From an uncultured Gammaproteobacteria bacterium (GTDB taxonomy: Bacteria > Patescibacteriota > Patescibacteriia > UBA1558 > GWA2-36-10): 64,000 bases of DNA. Each line of letters begins with the position of its first letter. Positions within the stretch are counted from its first letter, which is position 1. The translations under genes were made by a program, and so were the position numbers. Under the pieces are notes generated by a model, which was given only the letters and a program-made list of their open reading frames with translations, ran no database searches and was not told the DNA's origin. The stretch lies in the NCBI GenBank assembly GCA_964638415.1, contig CAZWYP010000002.1, positions 33,997-97,996 on the forward strand, given 5' to 3'. Of this stretch, positions 20,082 to 28,915 are shown in pieces.

Positions 20082-21137
20082 ATGCAGTCAGCAACAATAT
20101 TATTAGTTTTGGTGATTATCGGTTTAGCAATAGTAATTTATTTGCTGCTGAAGCCGAAAAAAGAAGCCAAAGACGATAAGTCTTTATTGTTGCTGCAGAA
20201 TCAGATTAATGAATTGACTAAGCAGTTAAGTCAGAAGATTGACGCTACCACCCATCATTCCAGCAAGATGTTGCAGGATCAGTTCATGGAAACTTCTAGA
20301 ATCTCCAGAGATGTCAATGAAAAATTATTGAAACTGGAAGAAACTAATAAGCAGGTGGTAAGCTTTACCGATCAGCTGAAGAATTTGGAAAAAGTGCTAA
20401 CTAATTCCAAGAATCGGGGAGCATTAGGCGAAGCCAGCTTAGAACTTATTTTAGGCAATGTCCTGCCGCCGCAAGCCTATGAAATGCAGTATCATTTTAA
20501 GAACGGGGAAGCAGTAGATGCCGTGGTAAAGATTAAAGACAGGCTATTGCCCATTGATGCTAAGTTTTCGCTAGAGAATTACCGGAGAATTATTGATGAA
20601 GTTAATGAAGACAAGAAAATAGCCTGGGAGAAAGAATTTAAGAATGATTTGAAGAAAAGAATTGACGAAACTTCCAAATATATCCGTCCCGCTGAAAAAA
20701 CTCTGGAATTTGCTTTTATGTTTATTCCCGCTGAAGGCATATACTATGATTTACTGATAAATGAAGTAGGAGCGGTTAAGGTTAATACCAGATCGCTAAT
20801 TGAATATGCTTTTAATGAGAAGAAAGTAATTATTGTTTCTCCAACCACTTTTGCCGCTTATTTGCAGACAGTGCTGGAAGGATTAAGAGCTTTGCAGATT
20901 GAGGAGTCAGCTAAGGAGATTAGGGCTAATGTAGAGAAATTAAACAAGCACTTAAATGCTTACCAGGAATACCATAAGAAACTTGGCAGCCAATTAGCTA
21001 CCACAGTTAATACTTACAATTTCTCTGACAAAGCTTTTAAGCAAATTGACAGGGATGTGTATAAGATTGCCGGTAAAGGCGGGGAATTTGAATTGTCAGA
21101 GGTAGATAAGCCAAAATTAGGAGCAGGAGAAGAATAA
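20082..21137 (+). CDS. rmuC: DNA recombination protein RmuC
   Basis: N-terminal TM, long coiled coil, and C-terminal RmuC nuclease-like region (…IDAKFSLENY…FMFIPAEG…). Confidence 0.75.
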   Translation: MQSATILLVLVIIGLAIVIYLLLKPKKEAKDDKSLLLLQNQINELTKQLSQKIDATTHHSSKMLQDQFMETSRISRDVNEKLLKLEETNKQVVSFTDQLKNLEKVLTNSKNRGALGEASLELILGNVLPPQAYEMQYHFKNGEAVDAVVKIKDRLLPIDAKFSLENYRRIIDEVNEDKKIAWEKEFKNDLKKRIDETSKYIRPAEKTLEFAFMFIPAEGIYYDLLINEVGAVKVNTRSLIEYAFNEKKVIIVSPTTFAAYLQTVLEGLRALQIEESAKEIRANVEKLNKHLNAYQEYHKKLGSQLATTVNTYNFSDKAFKQIDRDVYKIAGKGGEFELSEVDKPKLGAGEE

Positions 21138-21152
21138 AAATATATTTTAAAA

Positions 21153-21178
21153 TACCCTTGACTAACGGGGTGTTTTTT
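21153..21178 (+). terminator. Intrinsic terminator after rmuC
   Basis: A GC stem flanking loop 'ttgactaac', followed by TTTTTT. Confidence 0.5.
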
Positions 21179-21222
21179 GCTTAGATAGAGGCACCTTAAG
21201 ATTAATAAATTAAGCGAAATAT

Positions 21223-21660
21223 ATGACTTTTGTGGCCCCTATTGAAGATGAAGGGAGTATATGTCCGGCAGCCGTTTTACGCTGTGTAGATTGGCGCTGG
21301 CGTAATTCCGACCAGGAATTTGTGACTAAAGAATTGGGTTTTGCTAATTTTGATCTATACAGCTGGCCAGGAGGCGGTCGGGAAATCCTGAAGGATAACG
21401 GTTTTAAGAAAGAATTTATTGAATACTTAGTGACTATTAGCCGGAATCTGCATGGTATTAAGAAATTAGTTTTACTTTGGCAATTAGACTGTGATCAGGA
21501 AAAGACAGTGGGTAGTTTAGCAGACAGAGAGACTAAATGCCGCCAGGATCTGCAAAAAGCTAGAGAATTATTAATTACTTCCCTACCGGAAGGTTTAGAA
21601 ATTATTCTGGCCTATAGTAAAATTACTCCCCAAGGATTGGAATACACCATAATTGAGTAA
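21223..21660 (+). CDS. Hypothetical protein (145 aa), monocistronic
   Basis: An ORF with no recognisable motif. It is bounded by the rmuC terminator and the atp promoter. Confidence 0.35.
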   Translation: MTFVAPIEDEGSICPAAVLRCVDWRWRNSDQEFVTKELGFANFDLYSWPGGGREILKDNGFKKEFIEYLVTISRNLHGIKKLVLLWQLDCDQEKTVGSLADRETKCRQDLQKARELLITSLPEGLEIILAYSKITPQGLEYTIIE

Positions 21661-21687
21661 TTTTGTAAAGAAAAGCTAAAAAATATA

Positions 21688-21716
21688 TTGACTTATTCGC
21701 AGTAAAAGTATATAAT
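21688..21716 (+). promoter_or_regulatory. Near-consensus sigma70 promoter of the atp operon: TTGACT-N17-TATAAT
   Basis: Sequence 'ttgact tattcgcagtaaaagta tataat'. Confidence 0.6.
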
Positions 21717-21759
21717 GTCGTCGCACCTTTTAAGGTCGCGGCGATTTTTATTGGCATTT

Positions 21760-22056
21760 ATGAAAGAAGAATCAAAGCAGGATAAAAAATGGCTAGCGGA
21801 ATTTATTAAAGCTTCAGTGGAAATGAGTGGTTGGATTGCCGTGCCGGTAGTTGCCGCTTTATTTGCCGGACAATGGCTGGATGAGAAACAGCAGACTGGC
21901 AATTTGTATTTCTTAAGCTTAACTGGTTTGGCTTTCATAATCTCCTGCATTGGCTTGGCTTTAACCGGCAAGAGATATTTGGCTCAAGTAGAAAATAAAA
22001 ATTTAGAAGATAAAAAAGAATCAAAACAAATTGATGGCAACGGAGCAAATAATTAA
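21760..22056 (+). CDS. ATP synthase protein I-like small membrane protein (AtpI/AtpZ)
   Basis: Two TM helices, located just upstream of atpB. The six-frame ORF begins at 21715, inside the -10 box. I chose the next ATG (MKEESK...). The start remains uncertain. Confidence 0.45.
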   Translation: MKEESKQDKKWLAEFIKASVEMSGWIAVPVVAALFAGQWLDEKQQTGNLYFLSLTGLAFIISCIGLALTGKRYLAQVENKNLEDKKESKQIDGNGANN

Positions 22057-22897
22057 TCATAATAACGAAGAAGTGGTCACTACCGCTGAAGAGCACGCTA
22101 CAGAACAGGCAGTAGAAGAAGGCGGCCATGAAATTACCTTATACGCTGAACCAGTTTTTCATTTGGGAAATTTTACTATTACTAATTCACTGCTGACTTC
22201 TTGGCTGGCGGTTTTTTTAATTATTGTTTTAGCCTGGATAATTGCCCGTTCAATTAAAAAAGTGCCTGGTAAGTTTATTGGTGCCGTGGAGATGATAGTC
22301 GATGGCGCTTTGAATACTATGGACCTGGTGACCGGAGACAGAGAGAAGAGCCGCAAGATCTTTCCGGTGATTTTCGGCATTTTTGTTTTTATCTTAATTA
22401 ATAATTTAATCGGATTATTACCCGGTATCGGTTCTATTAGCTTCAACCACCATCATTTATTCAGGGGAGCTACTGCTGATTTAAATACTACTTTAGCTTT
22501 GGGAATTTTTGCCGTTTTAGCGGCTAATGTTTTAGGGGTAATCAGTGTCGGTGCTTGGAATTATTTTAATAAATTCGTCAATATTAAATCTTTTTTAGCT
22601 ATTCCCAAAGAAGTAAAAAAAGATCCCATGTCTTTATTAGTTAACCCCATCCATTTTTTTGTCGGTTTAATTGAAATCATTTCGGAAATTGCCAAGGTAT
22701 TATCCTTATCCCTTCGGCTTTTCGGCAATGTCTTTGCCGGTGAAGTATTATTAGCTTCTATGGCGGCTATTTTCGCCTTTGTCTTGCCTTTGCCTTTTAT
22801 GTTCTTGGAATTATTAGTGGGAGTGATTCAGGCTCTGATTTTCTCCGTACTTACTTTGGTTTATTTTACCGTGGCCACCACCAGCCACGAGCATTAA
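22031..22897 (+). CDS. atpB: F0F1 ATP synthase subunit a
   Basis: Contains 'LSLSLRLFGNVFAGE' with the essential Arg, and 5-6 TM helices. Confidence 0.9.
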   Translation: MMATEQIINHNNEEVVTTAEEHATEQAVEEGGHEITLYAEPVFHLGNFTITNSLLTSWLAVFLIIVLAWIIARSIKKVPGKFIGAVEMIVDGALNTMDLVTGDREKSRKIFPVIFGIFVFILINNLIGLLPGIGSISFNHHHLFRGATADLNTTLALGIFAVLAANVLGVISVGAWNYFNKFVNIKSFLAIPKEVKKDPMSLLVNPIHFFVGLIEIISEIAKVLSLSLRLFGNVFAGEVLLASMAAIFAFVLPLPFMFLELLVGVIQALIFSVLTLVYFTVATTSHEH

Positions 22898-22936
22898 TTT
22901 GATGATTGCTGTTTGGATTATTAATCCAGACACTAA

Positions 22937-23170
<234 letters not shown>

Positions 23171-23172
23171 AT

Positions 23173-23233
23173 TTAACAGTTTTGACTCCGCTCCGTTAAG
23201 GCTTAACGGGAGACGGAGGATTAAGCTGTTAAA
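23173..23233 (+). promoter_or_regulatory. Long imperfect hairpin (about 60 nt) in the atpE-atpF intergenic spacer
   Basis: TTAACAG...CTCCGCTCCGTTAAG pairs with CTTAACGGGAGACGGAG...CTGTTAA. No T-tract follows. Confidence 0.4.
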
Positions 23234-23235
23234 TT

Positions 23236-23739
23236 ATGGAAATTTTAGGTTTATTCGGCGTAGATTGGAAACTGTTGTTAGCGCAATTGGTTAATTTTGC
23301 TATTGTGGTTGTAGTGCTATGGCAATTTGCCATTAAGCCATTAAGCAAAGCCATGGCTGAGCGTAATCAGGAGATTGCCAAAGGTTTGGAAGACGCTAAG
23401 AAATCTGCTGAGCATTTGCGCAATGCGGAAACGGAATTCAAAGCCAGATTAAAGCAGGCTCATCAGGAAGCGGATGAAATTTTGCAGTTGGCAAAAGTTC
23501 AGGCAGAGAAAAACCAGCAAGCAGCTTTGGAAAAGACTCGCGTAGAAGTGAAAAAGATTATTGATGAATCTAAGCAACGTTTGAACAGCGAAAAAGAACT
23601 GATGCTTTCTCAAGCTAAGCAGGATATTGTACAGACGGTAGTTACTGCTTTAGAGAAAATATTTGTTAATAAGCTGGATGATAAGCTTGACCAGAAATAT
23701 GTGGAAAAAATTGTCCAGGATTTACAACAGAAGAAATAA
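23236..23739 (+). CDS. atpF: F0F1 ATP synthase subunit b
   Basis: N-terminal TM helix followed by a long charged coiled coil. Confidence 0.85.
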   Translation: MEILGLFGVDWKLLLAQLVNFAIVVVVLWQFAIKPLSKAMAERNQEIAKGLEDAKKSAEHLRNAETEFKARLKQAHQEADEILQLAKVQAEKNQQAALEKTRVEVKKIIDESKQRLNSEKELMLSQAKQDIVQTVVTALEKIFVNKLDDKLDQKYVEKIVQDLQQKK

Positions 23740-24131
23740 TGAAAAAAGACCAGGTTAAAATTTTAGCGCAAGCTTTGTATGATTTGTCAGTCAAACAGGG
23801 CAAGAGAGAGGCGGTAGATAATTTTCTAACTTATCTTCAGCATCGCCGCTTGTTTCACTTATTGCCTAAAGTAATTAAGGAAATAGAGAAACTACAAGAA
23901 GCAGATCAGGGAGTGATTAAAGTAAAAATATCTTCGCGGCATAAATTGTCCAATACAGTGGAAAAGATACTAGTGGATTTTTTAGAGCAGCGTTTGCAGA
24001 AGAAAGTAAAGGCAGAAAACAAGGTTGAAGCTAATTTACTCGGCGGAGCAGTAATTAGCTTTAATGATAAATTAATAGATTTATCATTAAGGCGTCAGCT
24101 GAATAATTTAAAGAAACAATTAATTAGTTAA
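23739..24131 (+). CDS. atpH: F0F1 ATP synthase subunit delta (short, 130 aa)
   Basis: Assigned by position between atpF and atpA and by its helical OSCP-like sequence. Confidence 0.65.
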   Translation: MKKDQVKILAQALYDLSVKQGKREAVDNFLTYLQHRRLFHLLPKVIKEIEKLQEADQGVIKVKISSRHKLSNTVEKILVDFLEQRLQKKVKAENKVEANLLGGAVISFNDKLIDLSLRRQLNNLKKQLIS

Positions 24132-24140
24132 ATAAATAAC

Positions 24141-25673
24141 ATGTCCTACCAATATTTAGTGGAAAGTTTAAAGAAGCAGTTAGCAGATTGGCAAGCTTCA
24201 GCCCAGGAGGAGACGGTCGGTGAAGTGATGGAAATCGGCGATGGTATTGCCCGGGTTTCCGGCTTGTCTGACTTAATGATGTCAGAAATGGTGGAATTAG
24301 TAACCAAAGACGGTCAGAAGATCTACGGCGTAGCTTTGAACTTAGAAGAGTTTTCCATCGGTGTAATTATCTTTGGTGATTACCAAGCCTTGCGAGAAGG
24401 AGATAAGGTTTACCGTACTAAAAGAATTTTGGAAGTGCCAGTTGGCGAGCAGATTATTGGCCGAGTAATTAATCCTTTAGGTGAGCCCTTAGACGGACAA
24501 GGAGAGATTAAAACAGCTAAATCTTATCCAGTGGAAAAGATTGCACCCGGCGTTATTACCCGCCAGTCAGTCACTCAGCCACTGGCCACTGGTATTAAAG
24601 TTATTGACGCTATTATTCCGATTGGCCGCGGCCAGCGCGAGCTGATCATCGGAGACCGGCAAACCGGCAAAACCGCTTTAGCTATTGATACGATTATTAA
24701 CCAAAAAGGCAAGGATGTTATTTGCATTTATGTAGCGATTGGCCAGAAAGAGTCCAAAGTAGCCAGAATTGTTGCTAAGCTTAAGGAAATGGGAGCGATG
24801 GATTATACTACGGTAGTTTTAGCTGGTGCTTCAGAATCCGCCTCCTTGTCATATATCGCGCCTTATGCCGGTGTGGCAATTGGCGAATACTTCATGGATC
24901 AAGGCAAGGATGTTTTGGTGGTTTATGATGATTTGTCTAAGCATGCAGTAGCTTACCGCCAATTATCTTTACTATTGCGCCGTCCTCCCGGACGAGAAGC
25001 TTATCCCGGAGATGTTTTTTATCTGCACTCTCGCTTATTGGAACGCGCGGCTAAATTGAATAAAGATTATGGTGGCGGTTCTTTGACTGCTTTGCCGATT
25101 ATTGAAACACAAGCAGGAGATATTTCCGCCTATATCCCTACTAATGTTATTTCCATTACTGACGGACAGATCTTTTTAGAAACAGATTTATTCTACAAAG
25201 GCGTTCGTCCAGCGCTAAATGCCGGATTATCCGTTTCCCGCGTTGGTTCAGCAGCACAAATAAAAGCTATGAAGAAGGTGGCCGGCAAATTGAAATTGGA
25301 ATTGGCGCAGTATCGTGAATTAGAAGCTTTTGCTCAATTCGGTTCGGATTTAGATGAAGCGACTAGACGACAATTGGACAGAGGAGCGCGGATTACAGAA
25401 GTCTTGAAACAGCCGCAGTTTAAGCCTATAGCTCAATCCAAGCAGGTGGCTATTCTTTATGCTATTACTAACGGTTTTACCGACCAAATTCCGGTTGATA
25501 AAATTGCCGATTTTGAAAGCCGCTTATTTGACCGTTTAGACAGCGCTGGCAAAGAGATATTAGAAGGTATTAGCAATACTGGTATTCTTGATGAGGCCAA
25601 TGAAGAAAAATTAAAAAAATTACTAGCAGATTTATTAGATAGTCTGGATTATAAAATAGTTAAAGAGCAATAA
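24141..25673 (+). CDS. atpA: F0F1 ATP synthase subunit alpha
   Basis: Walker A 'GDRQTGKT' and the conserved alpha-subunit sequence throughout. Confidence 0.95.
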   Translation: MSYQYLVESLKKQLADWQASAQEETVGEVMEIGDGIARVSGLSDLMMSEMVELVTKDGQKIYGVALNLEEFSIGVIIFGDYQALREGDKVYRTKRILEVPVGEQIIGRVINPLGEPLDGQGEIKTAKSYPVEKIAPGVITRQSVTQPLATGIKVIDAIIPIGRGQRELIIGDRQTGKTALAIDTIINQKGKDVICIYVAIGQKESKVARIVAKLKEMGAMDYTTVVLAGASESASLSYIAPYAGVAIGEYFMDQGKDVLVVYDDLSKHAVAYRQLSLLLRRPPGREAYPGDVFYLHSRLLERAAKLNKDYGGGSLTALPIIETQAGDISAYIPTNVISITDGQIFLETDLFYKGVRPALNAGLSVSRVGSAAQIKAMKKVAGKLKLELAQYRELEAFAQFGSDLDEATRRQLDRGARITEVLKQPQFKPIAQSKQVAILYAITNGFTDQIPVDKIADFESRLFDRLDSAGKEILEGISNTGILDEANEEKLKKLLADLLDSLDYKIVKEQ

Positions 25674-26590
25674 TGGGACAAGCTAGTCGCGACATCAAAA
25701 GAAGAATTCGTTCCATCAAAAATACTAATAAGATTACCAAGGCGATGGAATTGGTTTCCGCAGCTAAAATGCGCAAAGCCGTAGCTAAAGTTTTAGCTTC
25801 CCGGTCTTATTCTGACTTAAGCTGGGAAACAGTTTTGCGTTTGGTAAAGAAAATCGATGCCGAGCAGCATCTCTTTTTCCAGCAAGTAATGCCCGTCAAG
25901 AAAGTTTTGGTTATTTTAATTTCAACTAATCGCGGTTTATGCGGCAGCTTTAATGCGCAATTAGCCCAGAAGCTAATTGATTCCATTAAATTGCATCACC
26001 CGGAAGCGCAGGATACTGACGTTATTACTTTTGGCGTTAAGGGTCGGGAAGAAGTCAGTCGTTATACCTTAAATTTAGTAGCGGATTTTGCCAAGGAAGA
26101 TATTACGGAAAATCTGCGTTCTATTTTTCCCTTAGCCCGTTTGGTTACTAAGGAATGGCAGTCTAAGAAATACCAAAAGGTCTTTGTGGCTTATACAGAT
26201 TTTATGTCGCCCTTGAAGCAAGTGCCGCATATCAAGCAGTTATTGCCTATTGTCCAGGAAATAGATGAGCGCTTAGGGCATATTAACCATGAGAAAAAAG
26301 AAGAAGTAGATAAGGTAGATACCAGCCGGATGAGTGATTTTGTTTTTGAACCGGGCAAAGTGGAAGTGCTGGATTATTTTTTACCGCGGTTATTGGAAAT
26401 GCAGATCTACCAGGCAGTATTGGAGTCTGAAGCATCGGAGCATTCAGCTCGGATGTTTGCCATGCGCAATGCTTCGGAAGCAGCGGAAGAAATGCTGCAA
26501 GAACTTACTTTAGCCTATAACCAGGCGCGACAAGCTGGTATTACTTCCGAATTAGCAGAAATTTCAGCCGGCACTGCCGCTTTAAATTAA
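25673..26590 (+). CDS. atpG: F0F1 ATP synthase subunit gamma
   Basis: N-terminus 'IKRRIRSIKNTNKITKAMELVSAAKMRKA' and C-terminal helix '...ITSELAEI'. Confidence 0.9.
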   Translation: MGQASRDIKRRIRSIKNTNKITKAMELVSAAKMRKAVAKVLASRSYSDLSWETVLRLVKKIDAEQHLFFQQVMPVKKVLVILISTNRGLCGSFNAQLAQKLIDSIKLHHPEAQDTDVITFGVKGREEVSRYTLNLVADFAKEDITENLRSIFPLARLVTKEWQSKKYQKVFVAYTDFMSPLKQVPHIKQLLPIVQEIDERLGHINHEKKEEVDKVDTSRMSDFVFEPGKVEVLDYFLPRLLEMQIYQAVLESEASEHSARMFAMRNASEAAEEMLQELTLAYNQARQAGITSELAEISAGTAALN

Positions 26591-26605
26591 ATTTGAAAAG
26601 TATAA

Positions 26606-27984
<1,379 letters not shown>

Positions 27985-27985
<1 letters not shown>

Positions 27986-28422
27986 TGTCAGAGTTATTGC
28001 TTAAAATAGTTACTCCGGAAAAAGTCTTACTGTCCAAGCCAGTTAGTCAGGTTTCAGTTTCCACGGTTGAGGGACAGATTACTATTTTGCCCGGCCATGT
28101 GCCCTTGGTTAGTCGGCTGTCGCCCGGAGAAGTTATTGCCCGCTTTAATGATCAGGAAGAGAATTTAATGGTAGTTTCTTCCGGCTTAGTGGAAGTGCTG
28201 CCCGGCCAGGTAATTATCTTGGCAGATACAGCTGAGCATGTAGCGGAAATTGACGAGCAGCGCGCAGAAGAAGCCAAGCAGCGAGCGCAGGAGATTCTGA
28301 ATAACCAGATTTTGAATAAGGAAGAGTTTGCTTTCCTGACGGCGCAGATTGAAAAGGAATTAGCCAGATTAAGAGTAGTCAGAAAACATAAGAAGCACCG
28401 TATTGATGCTTCCTTGGAGTAA
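27985..28422 (+). CDS. atpC: F0F1 ATP synthase subunit epsilon
   Basis: N-terminus 'LKIVTPEKVLLS...VSTVEGQITILPGHVPLVS', followed by a C-terminal helical hairpin. Confidence 0.85.
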
Positions 28423-28433
28423 GATAAAGAAAT

Positions 28434-28480
28434 ACGCCCGCCAAGATTTCATTTGCTGAAATTTTGACGGGCGTTTTTTA
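28434..28480. terminator. Bidirectional intrinsic terminator (end of the atp operon and of the convergent minus-strand gene)
   Basis: ACGCCCG...CGGGCGT stem with TTTTTT on the plus side and an A/T-rich run on the minus side. Confidence 0.55.
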
Positions 28481-28798
28481 TTGCAGCCGGCCGCTGTTGT
28501 AGAGATCAAGTCTCTGCTTATTGGCCTGCACTTGTAGTGCTACCAGAACCAGGGAGATGATGGACAGTGTCAAAAACTCGCGGATACTGAAGAGGCGATT
28601 CTCATAAAGATTCACTGCTTCGAAGCAGAAGAAAATGGCCATAGCCAGCCAAAGCAGTTTAGCAGCAATGAAAGCATGTTGCTTGCGCAGGATTTCTGTA
28701 GGCAAGATGCTTTTACCTATTTTCCATAATTGCTGGCCGATCATAATCATGCCAAAGATAATCATTAGGATCCAGAAAGAGACAATTCCACTCAACAT
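28478..28798 (-). CDS. Hypothetical membrane protein (106 aa, 3 TM)
   Basis: Has its own minus-strand promoter TTGACA-N17-TAAAAT (plus coordinates about 28840-28868) and an AGGTGA RBS. Confidence 0.5.
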   Translation of the reverse strand: MLSGIVSFWILMIIFGMIMIGQQLWKIGKSILPTEILRKQHAFIAAKLLWLAMAIFFCFEAVNLYENRLFSIREFLTLSIISLVLVALQVQANKQRLDLYNSGRLQ

Positions 28799-28915
28799 GT
28801 TTCACCTCGATTGTAAAATGTAAGAACTCAATGGCCTAAATTTTATATAAATCATGGTATTTTGTCAATATTTATTGGCTTTGCTTTTCTTGACTTTTTT
28901 GGTTAAAATATAGTC

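Noticed and set aside
28906-28911. TATAGT hexamer 4 nt upstream of the helicase ATG as the -10 of a leaderless promoter
   Set aside because: The best upstream -35 (TTGACT) gives only a 13-nt spacer, so the promoter assignment is weak. It is mentioned under findings only as a possibility.
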